The notes beneath the pieces are model-generated. The model was not told where the DNA came from and did no database searches. It was given only the letters and a program-made list of their open reading frames with translations. Of a stretch of DNA of 64,000 nt, positions 53,157 through 63,675 are shown one piece after another; the first letter of the stretch is position 1; every line of letters begins with the position of its first letter. Source of the stretch: Bacteroidota bacterium (GTDB lineage: Bacteria; Bacteroidota; Bacteroidia; 2-12-FULL-35-15); contig JAZKBF010000032.1 of assembly GCA_040388745.1 (NCBI GenBank), forward strand, positions 82,246-146,245, given 5' to 3'. The translations under genes were made by a program, and so were the position numbers.

Positions 53157-56100
53157 ATGTATCGATTAAACATTGTTTTCTTTGTATTAACCTGCTTTTT
53201 TTTCTCTTGTAAAAAAAAACAAAATTTCTCAGAGCAAGAAAAACAAATCTCTTATAGTGAACCGATTTCAGTTCAGGTCAACCATCCCCAAATAACGTTG
53301 CTGGATACTTGTGAAAAGGCATATATTATGACCATTCCAACACATGGGATTAGTAATTATATACTATCAATTAATGATGTAAGTGCAAAATTCCCGATTT
53401 ATCTTCCTATTATTTCCCCAAAATCACTTGGAAAGGAAGGCGGATTTACTTTTTTGAAAAATTATAACGCTGACCAGGACTTAGCATTTTGTAATATCAC
53501 CTGTGGTTTTTCTGATAAAAAAGGAATTCTTTGGTTCGGAACAAGTGGAGGCGGGGTAAGCCGTTATGATGGGAAAATTATCACTAATTATAGTACTACG
53601 CAAGGATTGGCGGGCAATCTCATCAAATGTATTATCGAAGATAAAATGGGGAATATGTGGTTTGGCACTAATGGCGGTGGGGTAAGTAAATATAATGGCA
53701 GGTATTTTACCAATTATTCTACTTTACAGGGGCTTGCCGGTAATTCTGTGAACAGTATCACCGAAGATAAAACAGGAAATTTATGGTTTTGTACTGAAAA
53801 GGGAATAAGCAAATATAAACCTCATCTAAAAAACATAGTAAATGGTGATCTTTTTACAAATTTTACTACAACCGATGGATTAGTAAATAATTCTGTTTCA
53901 TGCAGTATGGAGGATAGATCGGGGAATCTGTGGTTTGGAACAAATGAGGGAGTGAGTAAATATGATGGGCAATCCTTTACCGGTTATACAGCAAAACAAG
54001 GACTCGTTGTGAGTAATATTACTTGTCTTCTTGAAGATAATAGTGGAGATATTTGGTTTGGGACGGCCGGTGGTGGCGCAAGCAGGTACGATCAAGTCAT
54101 AAATGATAAAGCAAATAAAGGGAAATTCTCAAATTATTCAGAATCAGAAGGACTGGTGAATAATAATGTTCAGAGCATTAATAAGGACAAAGAAGGAAAC
54201 ATCTGGTTTGCCACTGCCGGAGGCCTCAGCAAGTACGATATTGCTTCCAAATCTTTTATCAATTTCACTACAGCTCAAGGCTTGACAAATAACGTTGTTT
54301 ATAGCATTATTGTGGATAAAATCGGAGACTTATGGATTGGCACCAATCGGGGTGGGCTCAATAAATATGGTGCAAAACCTTTTACAAGTTTTACTCCGGA
54401 GCAGGGCCTGGTAAATGATAAAGTCTGGTGCATTACAGAAGATAATAATGGTGATATCTGGTTTGGTACCAGTTCAGGGGTAAGTAAATTTGACGGGAAG
54501 GCATTCTCCAATATCAATTTTGGTCTTCTAACGGCTAATGTCAGGAGCTTTATTAAAGATAAAACGGGTAACCTTTGGTGGGGCAGTTTTACCGGAACTA
54601 ATAAATATGATGGAAAATCCCTGACAAGTTATACAGGAGCTCAGGGATTAATAAATAAAGGTGTTTTAAGTATTATTGAAGATAAAAATGGGAATTTTTG
54701 GTTCGGCACTTATGGTAATGGTGTTTTTAAATTCAATGGTAAATCATTTACGAATTATACTTCAGCTGATGGTCTGGCCAATAATGTTGTTAAATGTATT
54801 ACTGAAGACAAAAATGGTAATATTTGGTTCGGATCAAATGGGGACGGTGTGAGTAAATTTGATGGAAAAACGTTTACAAATTACACCACTTCCCAAGGCC
54901 TGGCTAATAATGCTGTTTTAAGCAGCATGGTTGATAGGGCGGGAAATTTATGGTTTGGTACATTTGGTGGAGGTATTAGTAAATATGATGGAAAGTCTTT
55001 TACAAATTACAATAATGCTCACGGGCTGGCAAATGATGTGGTATATGCTATTGCGGAAGATACCATTCATAACATACTTTGGTGTGGAACTAATTTAGGC
55101 TTATCAGGATTAAAGTTGGATTCACTTGACTTTGAAAAAGGGGGAGTTAAATTTGAAATTTTTAACCATACCACCGGTTATCCCATAAAGGATGTAAATA
55201 CGAGTGCTTTATTTGTTGATAGCAAAGGAATATTATGGGCTGGCACGGGAGATAAACTTGTACGCTTTGATTATAACAAAATAAATAAAAACGCTCATCC
55301 GCCAATAGTGAATATTCAAGGGTTGAAATTGCATGGCGAGCCAATATCCTGGTATAACCTAAAACCACGGGAATCGACACTGAATACTCAGGATTTTAAA
55401 TTGGAAGACTCTATAAATTCCCTTGCTATTCTCAACGAAGAAATTATTTCCTTTGGTCATATTTTAAATCAAACTCAACGTATTGCTATGTGTGAAGAGT
55501 TCGATGACATTGAATTCGATAGTATTACTCGCTCCTGCCCATTACCAATTAATCTTGTTCTTCCATTCAAACACAACAATGTAACATTTGACTTTGCTGC
55601 TATTGAAACAGGCCGTCCCCAGCTTATTCGTTATCAGCATTTTTTAGAAGGATATGATAGTGACTGGAGTCCCGTTACTGATAAAACATTCGCCACATTC
55701 GGTAATATATATGAAGGTTCATATACTTTTAAATTGAAAGCTCAAAGTCCGGATGGGGTATGGTGTGAACCTGTAGTGTACACATTTACAGTTTTGCCTC
55801 CCTGGTACCGCACCTGGTGGATGTACCTGAGCTATCTTGTTGTTGTGCTATCTTCCATTGGTTTGTTTTTCAAGTGGCGCACAGCATCTTTAATTAAAGA
55901 AAAAGAAGTGCTGGAACACACCGTAAAAGAAAGAACTGCAGAGGTGGTAGTGCAAAAAGAACTGATAGAAGAAAAACAAAAAGAAATAGTTGATTCGATC
56001 AATTATGCAAAACGTATTCAATATACATTGCTTGCAAAAGATGAAATATTACAACAAAATTTGAAAGATCATTTTGTGTTTTTTCAACCAAAAGATATTG

Positions 56101-56819
56101 TAAGCGGTGATTTTTATTGGGCAACGAAGGCAGTTGGGAGTGAGGGGGCAGGAGTGAAGAGTGAGGATTTAGGAATTGGTAATAGGAAGTTAAAGGATAT
56201 TGAAAGATCTCCGTTCTCCGTTCTCCAAACTCCCGACTCCGAGCGTTTTTACTTAGCTATTTGCGATTCAACAGGCCATGGTGTTCCGGGGGCATTTATG
56301 AGTTTGTTGAATATTTCATTTTTGAACGAGGCAATTACCGAAAAGAACATAAAACAGCCCAATGAAATTTTAAATTATGTTCGTCAGCGTTTAATAGAAA
56401 GCGTTTCACAAGATGGAGCTCAGGATGGAATGGATGGGATTTTACTTTGTTTTGAAAACGACAAAATTACCTATGCTGCTGCCAACAATGCTCCTGTAGT
56501 TGTAAGGAATAATTCTATTATTGATCTACCTACCGATAAAATGCCAATAGGCAAAGGAGAAAAAAATAGTTCGTTCACGCTTCATACAATTGATACCCAA
56601 AAAGGAGACATGCTTTATTTTTACACCGATGGCTATGCCGATCAGTTTGGTGGCCCTAAAGGGAAAAAGTTCAAATACAAGCCACTCGAGAATTTATTGA
56701 TCTCTATTCACCAGCAGCCGATGGAGGAACAAAAACAAACACTTTTAAGTACAATTGAAAACTGGAGAGGCAATTTAGAGCAAGTGGATGATATACTAGT
56801 AATTGGTATGAGAATTTAG
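53157..56819 (+). CDS. Sensor protein with about 12 two-component-regulator propeller (Reg_prop) repeats, a Y_Y_Y domain, a transmembrane helix and a C-terminal PP2C/SpoIIE serine phosphatase domain.
   Basis: Repeated GxWFGTxGGGVSKYDGKxFTNYT units; a transmembrane segment WWMYLSYLVVVLSSIGLFF; and a SpoIIE region FYLAICDSTGHGVPGAFMS...YFYTDGYADQFGG. Confidence 0.8.
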   Translation: MYRLNIVFFVLTCFFFSCKKKQNFSEQEKQISYSEPISVQVNHPQITLLDTCEKAYIMTIPTHGISNYILSINDVSAKFPIYLPIISPKSLGKEGGFTFLKNYNADQDLAFCNITCGFSDKKGILWFGTSGGGVSRYDGKIITNYSTTQGLAGNLIKCIIEDKMGNMWFGTNGGGVSKYNGRYFTNYSTLQGLAGNSVNSITEDKTGNLWFCTEKGISKYKPHLKNIVNGDLFTNFTTTDGLVNNSVSCSMEDRSGNLWFGTNEGVSKYDGQSFTGYTAKQGLVVSNITCLLEDNSGDIWFGTAGGGASRYDQVINDKANKGKFSNYSESEGLVNNNVQSINKDKEGNIWFATAGGLSKYDIASKSFINFTTAQGLTNNVVYSIIVDKIGDLWIGTNRGGLNKYGAKPFTSFTPEQGLVNDKVWCITEDNNGDIWFGTSSGVSKFDGKAFSNINFGLLTANVRSFIKDKTGNLWWGSFTGTNKYDGKSLTSYTGAQGLINKGVLSIIEDKNGNFWFGTYGNGVFKFNGKSFTNYTSADGLANNVVKCITEDKNGNIWFGSNGDGVSKFDGKTFTNYTTSQGLANNAVLSSMVDRAGNLWFGTFGGGISKYDGKSFTNYNNAHGLANDVVYAIAEDTIHNILWCGTNLGLSGLKLDSLDFEKGGVKFEIFNHTTGYPIKDVNTSALFVDSKGILWAGTGDKLVRFDYNKINKNAHPPIVNIQGLKLHGEPISWYNLKPRESTLNTQDFKLEDSINSLAILNEEIISFGHILNQTQRIAMCEEFDDIEFDSITRSCPLPINLVLPFKHNNVTFDFAAIETGRPQLIRYQHFLEGYDSDWSPVTDKTFATFGNIYEGSYTFKLKAQSPDGVWCEPVVYTFTVLPPWYRTWWMYLSYLVVVLSSIGLFFKWRTASLIKEKEVLEHTVKERTAEVVVQKELIEEKQKEIVDSINYAKRIQYTLLAKDEILQQNLKDHFVFFQPKDIVSGDFYWATKAVGSEGAGVKSEDLGIGNRKLKDIERSPFSVLQTPDSERFYLAICDSTGHGVPGAFMSLLNISFLNEAITEKNIKQPNEILNYVRQRLIESVSQDGAQDGMDGILLCFENDKITYAAANNAPVVVRNNSIIDLPTDKMPIGKGEKNSSFTLHTIDTQKGDMLYFYTDGYADQFGGPKGKKFKYKPLENLLISIHQQPMEEQKQTLLSTIENWRGNLEQVDDILVIGMRI

Positions 56820-56959
56820 TTTGTTTCAAAACGAATGCTTACTGAATTTAGCGAACAGTTTATGAATATCAGTGTTAGTAAATTCGTTTTTTATTCGTTG
56901 ATTAGTATCCACAGTTTCGTAAATTCGTTTTTTATTAATTTTAATCAAAACATTTTTTT

Positions 56960-57739
56960 ATGACCTTCGAAAATCTTTTAACAGAAACAGAAAACAGTAT
57001 TCTGACAATTACGATCAATCGCCCCGATAAATTAAATGCCCTCAACAGGAAAACAGTAAAGGAAATTGGTCAGGCAATTAAAAATGCAGGATCTGATAAT
57101 ACTATAAAAGCAGTTATAATCACTGGCTCAGGACAAAAAGCATTTGCTGCAGGTGCTGATATCACAGAGTTAGTTGTACTTTCTGTAGAAGAAGGCAAGA
57201 TCCTTGCAAAAGAAGGACAAGATGTATATAAATCAATAGAAACATGCCCTAAGCCAGTTGTGGCAGCTGTTAACGGTTTCGCCTTAGGTGCAGGCTGTGA
57301 GCTTTCAATGGCTTGCCACATGCGTATTGCCAGTGAAAATGCAAAATTTGGCCAACCTGAAGTAAACCTTGGTTTGATTGCCGGTTATGGCGGAACACAG
57401 CGTTTGATCCAATATGTGGGAAAAACAAAGGCTCTGGAATTACACATGACAGGCGATTTGATAAATGCGGAACAAGCTTTAAAATTAGGATTGGTGAATT
57501 ATGTTGTTCCACAGGATCAGTTGATTTTAAAATGCGTTGAGTTATTGGAAAAAATAAAAAGTAAATCCCCAAAAGCAATAACGAGTGTTATCAACACTAT
57601 AAATGCTTATTTCGATAATAATACCATTGGGTTTGCTACCGAAATTGAAGAGTTTGGAAAATGTCTTGCTACCGAAGATTTTAAAGAAGGGACAAGCGCA
57701 TTTATAGAAAAAAGAAAAGCTGAATTTGTTGGAAAATAA
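56960..57739 (+). CDS. Enoyl-CoA hydratase/isomerase (crotonase family).
   Basis: 259 aa with LTITINRPDKLNAL, GSGQKAFAAGADI and a GGTQRL region. Confidence 0.85.
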   Translation: MTFENLLTETENSILTITINRPDKLNALNRKTVKEIGQAIKNAGSDNTIKAVIITGSGQKAFAAGADITELVVLSVEEGKILAKEGQDVYKSIETCPKPVVAAVNGFALGAGCELSMACHMRIASENAKFGQPEVNLGLIAGYGGTQRLIQYVGKTKALELHMTGDLINAEQALKLGLVNYVVPQDQLILKCVELLEKIKSKSPKAITSVINTINAYFDNNTIGFATEIEEFGKCLATEDFKEGTSAFIEKRKAEFVGK

Positions 57740-57804
57740 TTTAGGTCAAAATTGAAAATTCGAGAGTTTAAGCTTTGTAAACCATAAATTAGGCGCTCGA
57801 CTTT

Positions 57805-57835
57805 TAACTTTTAACTTTTAAACTTTTAACTTTAA
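57805..57835. repeat. Short tandem repeat (TTTTAAC)x4 immediately upstream of the flippase gene.
   Basis: cttttaacttttaacttttaaacttttaacttt. Confidence 0.6.
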
Positions 57836-59305
57836 TTGACTCCACTAAAAAAACTCGCTTCGCAAACCGCTATTTATGGCCTTCCAACAATTGTTGGGCG
57901 TTTGTTGAATTATTTTCTTACTCCACTTTATACGTATTTATTTTCACCTGCTGAGTTTGGGGATGTAACTTCAGCTTACGCCTATGTTTCTTTCCTGTTG
58001 GTGTTTTTAACCTATGGTATGGAAACCTCTTTGTTTCGGTTTTCACAAACAGAGATCGAAAAGGAAAAGGTTTATTCAACAGCTCTTATTTCACTTTTTG
58101 TTTCCTCTTTCACTTTTGTTATCCTTACAAGTTTTTTTGCAAACTCTATTTCCGAAACACTTAATTTTTCCGGCCATCCCGAATATATAATTTGGTTTGC
58201 GCTTATTTTAGGATGCGATGCTTTTTCTGCTATTCCCTTTGCAAAGCTTCGGGAACAGAATAAAGCCAAACGATTTGCAATTATCAGATCACTTAACATT
58301 GCTGTTAATATTGGATTGAATTTATTTTTTCTTTGGTTTTGCAAAGGCGTTCATGACGCTCCAGAGTCAATATTCAAGCCTTTTGTAGACATGGTTTATA
58401 GCCCGGAAATTGGCATAGGTTATATATTTATTTCAAATCTCGTAGCTAGTATAATTACAATGATTTTGTTGAGCCCGGAAATTTTTTCGGTAAAATGGAA
58501 TGTGGATACTGTGCTTTGGAAAAAAATGATGAAATACAGTCTTCCTTTACTTGTAGCGGGTTTGGCAGGGATGACAAATGAAACACTGGATAGGGTTTTG
58601 ATTCCGCTTTTACTTCCGGAAGAAATTGCGAAAAGCCAAAACGGAATTTATGGCGCCTGTTATAAAATTGCTATTTTAATGACCATATTTATTCAGGCCT
58701 TCCGGTTTGCAGCAGAACCATTCTTTTTCAGTCATTCAAAAGAAAAAGATTCTAAAAAGACCTATGCTGATATTATGAAATATTTTGTGATCATTTGTTC
58801 CATCATTTTTCTTGGAACCATGATGAATATGCAATGGATACAATATTTTGTGGGTGAAAAATACAGAGAGGGGCTGGATGTGGTACCAATTTTATTGATT
58901 GCCAACTTGTTTTTGGGCATTTTTATCAACCAATCGATCTGGTATAAGCTTACCGGACAAACGGGATATGGTGCAATGCTTACTATTTTTGGAGCGCTCA
59001 TCACTATTTCGCTCAATATTTATTGGATTCCCCGCATTGGGTATATGGGATCGGCCTGGGCAACACTGATCTGTTATGCTTCTATGATGGTTGCTTCCTA
59101 TTTTTTAGGTAATAAACATTATCCTGTTAATTATGATTTAAAACGGATTTTGGGGTACTTGGGATTATCCGTAACTTTGTATTTTATTAGTGTTTTTGTG
59201 AGAACAGAATCAGTCGGTATTAATTTATTTTTAAATAATTTGATGTTGCTTGTTTTTGTTGCTGTTGTCTGGAAAATGGAGGGGAAAAACTTAGTAACAA
59301 ATTAA
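57836..59305 (+). CDS. MOP-superfamily oligosaccharide/polysaccharide flippase (Wzx-like).
   Basis: 489 aa with about 12-14 transmembrane helices, and an N-terminus (LKKLASQTAIYGLPTIVGRLLNYFLTPLYTYLFSPAEFG) typical of polysaccharide-biosynthesis protein families. TTG start in the ORF track. Confidence 0.7.
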   Translation: MTPLKKLASQTAIYGLPTIVGRLLNYFLTPLYTYLFSPAEFGDVTSAYAYVSFLLVFLTYGMETSLFRFSQTEIEKEKVYSTALISLFVSSFTFVILTSFFANSISETLNFSGHPEYIIWFALILGCDAFSAIPFAKLREQNKAKRFAIIRSLNIAVNIGLNLFFLWFCKGVHDAPESIFKPFVDMVYSPEIGIGYIFISNLVASIITMILLSPEIFSVKWNVDTVLWKKMMKYSLPLLVAGLAGMTNETLDRVLIPLLLPEEIAKSQNGIYGACYKIAILMTIFIQAFRFAAEPFFFSHSKEKDSKKTYADIMKYFVIICSIIFLGTMMNMQWIQYFVGEKYREGLDVVPILLIANLFLGIFINQSIWYKLTGQTGYGAMLTIFGALITISLNIYWIPRIGYMGSAWATLICYASMMVASYFLGNKHYPVNYDLKRILGYLGLSVTLYFISVFVRTESVGINLFLNNLMLLVFVAVVWKMEGKNLVTN

Positions 59306-59344
59306 ATTGATTTTTTCAAAAGGGCATTATTTATAACCATTACA

Positions 59345-59779
59345 ATGAAAATAAAGATCATCAATAAATCAAAGCACGAATTACCACACTATGCCACCAA
59401 TGCCTCTGCAGGAATGGATTTGCGTGCTAATCTGGAAGAACCGATCGTTTTAAGATCTTTGGAACGAACATTGGTAGCAACAGGTTTGTTTTTGGAGATC
59501 CCAATTGGGTATGAAGCACAAATTCGTCCAAGAAGTGGATTGGCATTTAAAAATGGGTTAACAGTACTCAATTCTCCCGGTACTATTGATGCGGATTACA
59601 GAGGTGAAATAAAAGTGATCTTAGTGAACCTTTCTAACCAGGATTTTGTAATTAATGATGGTGAAAGAGTGGCACAAATGGTTATTGCAAAACACGAACA
59701 AGCTGAGTGGATCCAGGTAGAACAATTGATTGAAACAGATCGTGGGGCGGGTGGATTTGGAAGTACAGGAACAAAATAA
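59345..59779 (+). CDS. dut: dUTP diphosphatase.
   Basis: 144 aa with [10 protein letters not shown] and a C-terminal [10 protein letters not shown] motif. Confidence 0.9.
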   Translation: MKIKIINKSKHELPHYATNASAGMDLRANLEEPIVLRSLERTLVATGLFLEIPIGYEAQIRPRSGLAFKNGLTVLNSPGTIDADYRGEIKVILVNLSNQDFVINDGERVAQMVIAKHEQAEWIQVEQLIETDRGAGGFGSTGTK

Positions 59780-59895
59780 AAGCCGCCCATCGCAATCCCC
59801 TTCTTAAGTTGAAGAGAATTGATCGTGAGCGACTTAATTAATATATTTAAAAAATAAAGGTTCCTTTTCCGGTGGAAAGGGTCGGAGCGAGGTTT

Positions 59896-60894
59896 ATGAA
59901 AATAATTATTCCAATGGCAGGCATGGGCAAACGTATGCGCCCACACACACTTACAACACCAAAACCTTTGATCCCTATTGCGGGAAAACCAATGGTTCAG
60001 CGTATTGTGGAAGATATCATTAAAGTTTGCGATGAGCCTGTTGATGAAATAGCTTTTGTTGTTGGACGTTTCGGGAAAGAAGCGGAAAATAATTTGGTTG
60101 CAATTGCCGAAAGTCTTGGTGCAAAAGGACGCATTTTTTATCAGGATGAACCGCTTGGTACTGCACACGCCATTATGTGTGCAAAAGAGTGCTTAACCGG
60201 TAAAGTATTGGTTGCCTTTGCAGATACATTATTTAAAGCGGATTTTAAAATGGATTCCTCTCAGGAAGGTATTATTTGGGTGCAAAAAGTAGAAGATCCA
60301 AAACCATTTGGGGTGGTTAAATTAAATTCCGATAACGTAATTACGGACTTTATTGAAAAACCGCAGGAATTTGTTTCAGACCTTGCTATCATTGGTATTT
60401 ATTACTTTAAAGATGGAGCGTATTTAAGAAGTGAATTACAATATTTGCTCGATAATGATATTAAGGAAAAAGGTGAATTTCAACTCACCAATGCGCTTGA
60501 AAATATGAAAGCAAAGGGGACAAAATTTACCCCGGGTAAAGTAACTGAATGGCTCGATTGTGGAAATAAAGATGCCACTGTTTATACCAATCAGCGGATT
60601 TTAGAGTTTAATAAAGAGACGGTTCGTAAATCCAACTTTGTAAATCGCAACTCTTCAATTATAGAGCCCTGTTTTATTGGTGAAAATGTGACGTTGATAA
60701 ATTCCACTGTTGGCCCACACGCATCTATTGGAGAGGGTTGTGTGATAGAAAATTCTACTGTTCAAAATAGTATTATTCAAACAAACAGCAAAATTAAAGA
60801 TGCAGTATTAAGCAACGCTATGGTTGGAAATTTTGCTGAATATACAGGCAAATCAACCAATCTGAGCATTGGTGATTATAGCGTAATCAGATAG
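59896..60894 (+). CDS. Sugar-phosphate nucleotidyltransferase with a C-terminal left-handed beta-helix (hexapeptide) domain.
   Basis: N-terminal NTP-transferase motif IIIPMAGMGKRMRP...PKPLIPIAGKPM and C-terminal hexapeptide repeats (VGENVTLINSTVGPHASIGEGCVIENS). ATG at 59896; the track ORF begins upstream at a GTG. Confidence 0.75.
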   Translation: MKIIIPMAGMGKRMRPHTLTTPKPLIPIAGKPMVQRIVEDIIKVCDEPVDEIAFVVGRFGKEAENNLVAIAESLGAKGRIFYQDEPLGTAHAIMCAKECLTGKVLVAFADTLFKADFKMDSSQEGIIWVQKVEDPKPFGVVKLNSDNVITDFIEKPQEFVSDLAIIGIYYFKDGAYLRSELQYLLDNDIKEKGEFQLTNALENMKAKGTKFTPGKVTEWLDCGNKDATVYTNQRILEFNKETVRKSNFVNRNSSIIEPCFIGENVTLINSTVGPHASIGEGCVIENSTVQNSIIQTNSKIKDAVLSNAMVGNFAEYTGKSTNLSIGDYSVIR

Positions 60895-61030
60895 GCGCTT
60901 CCACTTGTCTTTTAGCACCATTGCGAAAAAGAGGTTGCTAAAAAAAAGATCATAAAGAAAATTGAAAAAGATAAAAGACAACGTTAAAATAAAAACACTT
61001 TCTTTATACCCACTGCCGTTCAGAAACGGG

Positions 61031-62797
61031 ATGAATGGGAGAGCCTTTGTTTTGTTTTTACTTTTATTTTCTTTCTTTATTTCATCATGCAAAACAAAAA
61101 AGGGAACAACAGTTTCGTCAAAACAAAGTGAAACTTCAAAATCTAAGAGCTCTTCCGGAGGTAAACAGTTGTCGGGGAAAGAACGAGTTGAGTTCGAATA
61201 TCTTTTTTTTAATTCCAACAGAGAAAAGATCCTGGGTAATTATGATCTGGCGGAAGTGTCGCTTTTACAAGCTTTGCGCATAGACCCTAACAGCGCTGCC
61301 ACCATGTATGAGTTGGCAAATATTTATGCCTTCAAAAACAATAAAAAACAAGCTTTGTTTTACAGTAAAAAGGCAGCATCTATCGATCCTGACAATATTT
61401 GGTATCAATTAATCTATATAGACTGTTTGAAGGACAGCAAACAAACTGCTGAAATAATAATTGTTTATCAAAAACTATTAAAAAAGTACCCTGAGCGAAT
61501 CGAATTTTATTATGAGCTCGCTAATGCTTACCTGTATATAAATAAAACATCGGACGCTATAAAAACGTATGATAAAATAGAAGATCTTACAGGTATTACC
61601 GAAGATGCCTCAATGCAAAAGTATAAGATTTATAATGCTACCAATAATTTTGAAAAGGCGCTTGATGAGATCCAAAAATTAATTAAAACTTTTCCTCAAG
61701 AAAGTAAATATTATGGTATTCTGGGAGAATTTTATCAGGAGAAAGGACAAAGTGAAAAAGCATTAGCAGCCTACAACGATCTGCTTAAAGCGGACCCTGA
61801 AAATGCATACGTTCATTTATCATTGGCCGAATATTATCGAAATCAAAAACAAAACGAAAAAGCATTCGATGAAATAAAGATCGCTTTTAAAAGCAAAGAG
61901 TTGAATATAGATGCCAAGATAAAGATCCTCTTATCTTATTACTCCATTACTGAAAAGTATACCGAATTAAAGGCGGATGCTGATGAGCTGTGTAAAATAA
62001 TTGTGGAAGTACATCCCGATGATGCAAAGGCATTTTCTATGTACGGGGATTTTTTATACCGTGATAAGAAATTACCTGAAGCCAGAACACAATACAGAAA
62101 GGCAATTGCGATCGATAAGGAGAAATATTTACTTTGGAACCAATTGTTACTCATTGAATCGGAACTAAACGATTTTGTTTCTATGCAAAAAGAAAGCAAA
62201 GAAGCCATTGAGTTATTCCCAAATCAGGCATTGCCTTACTTTTTTAATGGAGCTTCAAATATTCAGCTGAAAAACTATAAAGAAGCCATAGCAGTTCTTA
62301 ATGAAGGCAAAGAGTTTGTTTATGACGATCCCATTCTTATTCAGTTCTATGCAAATATCGGAGATGCTCAAAATCAATTGAAAAATTATTCTGCCTCTGA
62401 TTCTGCCTATAACAAAGCTTTAGAAATTGATCCAAACAATGTATATGTTTTAAATAACTATGCTTACTACTTGTCCTTGCGTAATACAGGCCTGGAAAGG
62501 GCGGAGGCAATGTCTAAAAAAAGTAATGATATTGAACCCAATAATAATTCTTACCAGGATACGTATGGTTGGATCTTATATCAGATGAAAAAATACGATG
62601 ATGCCAAAGTATGGATTGGTAAAGCCATTGATAACGGAGGTAAAAATAACGGGGTATTGCTCGAACATTATGGAGATGTTCTCTATAAGCTTGGTGAAAC
62701 CGAAAATGCATTGAAATACTGGATGGACGCAAAAAAGACTGGTAATACCACTGATTTTATTTATAAAAAAATTACTGACAAAAAGTTATATGAATAA
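61031..62797 (+). CDS. TPR-repeat lipoprotein.
   Basis: Start at MNGRAFVLFLLLFSFFISSC|K (lipobox); the ORF extends to 60962. More than 10 TPR-like repeats (AxxYxxLAxxY..., YxxLGxxY...). Confidence 0.7.
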   Translation: MNGRAFVLFLLLFSFFISSCKTKKGTTVSSKQSETSKSKSSSGGKQLSGKERVEFEYLFFNSNREKILGNYDLAEVSLLQALRIDPNSAATMYELANIYAFKNNKKQALFYSKKAASIDPDNIWYQLIYIDCLKDSKQTAEIIIVYQKLLKKYPERIEFYYELANAYLYINKTSDAIKTYDKIEDLTGITEDASMQKYKIYNATNNFEKALDEIQKLIKTFPQESKYYGILGEFYQEKGQSEKALAAYNDLLKADPENAYVHLSLAEYYRNQKQNEKAFDEIKIAFKSKELNIDAKIKILLSYYSITEKYTELKADADELCKIIVEVHPDDAKAFSMYGDFLYRDKKLPEARTQYRKAIAIDKEKYLLWNQLLLIESELNDFVSMQKESKEAIELFPNQALPYFFNGASNIQLKNYKEAIAVLNEGKEFVYDDPILIQFYANIGDAQNQLKNYSASDSAYNKALEIDPNNVYVLNNYAYYLSLRNTGLERAEAMSKKSNDIEPNNNSYQDTYGWILYQMKKYDDAKVWIGKAIDNGGKNNGVLLEHYGDVLYKLGETENALKYWMDAKKTGNTTDFIYKKITDKKLYE

Positions 62798-63662
62798 TCG
62801 AATGTTCCCTCCTTTTATTTTTAACTCTTTGAGACGACTTTCCATTGTTTGTTTTTTGAGTCTTTTTGTTTTCGGTTCTTGTAAACACCAAAAAAAAATA
62901 ACTGCCAGTAAAAACAAATGTATTTTAGATTATAAAAATGCAAAAACACTAACGACAAATTTAAAATCCAACGAATTTTGTTTTAACAAACTCAATGCGA
63001 AGTTAAATGTAGAGGTTGTGATCGACAGTTCTTTCAATTCATTTACTATTTCACTGCGCATGAAAAAGGATAGTGTTATCTGGATGTCGATTTCAAAATT
63101 GGGTATTGAAGGAGCCAGAGTGCTGATCACAAAGGATTCTGTAAAATTTTTTAATCGTATGGAAAGCAAATATTTTAAAGGCGATTTTACATTTATAAGT
63201 AAATTATTAAATACCCAGTTGGACTTTGAAATGGTACAATCTCTATTGGTAGGCAATAGCGTGGCATTTTATAATGAAGATGAAAAAATAAAACCGGGAG
63301 TTGATAATTGTCAATATACACTTGGCACCATCAGGAAATATAAACTTCGCAAGGTGATGGAAAAAGGTAAAGAGTTGAAAGAGCCTGCTCAAAGTATTTA
63401 TATGATACCTGAAACGTTTAAGATCGCTCGCATATTATTTTACGAATTTAGTCCCGAACGCAGTTTTGATGCGCGCTTTTCGGAATACACCACTATTGAT
63501 TCCTCTCAATTGTTTCCTTTGCAAATGAATTATTATATCAAGGCTCAAAAAAATGTTACTATTGATATTCATTATATTAAACCACGAATAGACGAAGAAC
63601 AAAGTTTCCCTTTCAAAATTCCGGATAACTATGAGCAAATTGCGTACAAAGAAAAACAATAA
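62790..63662 (+). CDS. DUF4292-family lipoprotein (LolA-like fold, Bacteroidota-specific).
   Basis: Signal peptide plus lipobox FVFGSC|K and a 290-aa length. Sits in the dut / TPR / DUF4292 / M23 neighbourhood that is conserved in Bacteroidota. Confidence 0.55.
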   Translation: MNNRMFPPFIFNSLRRLSIVCFLSLFVFGSCKHQKKITASKNKCILDYKNAKTLTTNLKSNEFCFNKLNAKLNVEVVIDSSFNSFTISLRMKKDSVIWMSISKLGIEGARVLITKDSVKFFNRMESKYFKGDFTFISKLLNTQLDFEMVQSLLVGNSVAFYNEDEKIKPGVDNCQYTLGTIRKYKLRKVMEKGKELKEPAQSIYMIPETFKIARILFYEFSPERSFDARFSEYTTIDSSQLFPLQMNYYIKAQKNVTIDIHYIKPRIDEEQSFPFKIPDNYEQIAYKEKQ

Positions 63663-63675
63663 ATGCCTTTTGCTT

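Noticed and set aside
57070-57578. Minus-strand ORFs (83 aa and 102 aa) inside the enoyl-CoA hydratase gene.
   Set aside because: Antisense shadows of a confident crotonase-family CDS.
59596-60168. 190-aa minus-strand ORF spanning the dut / nucleotidyltransferase junction.
   Set aside because: It overlaps two confident plus-strand genes and their intergenic region. The sequence is Cys/His/Asn/Phe-rich and meaningless, with no RBS or start context.
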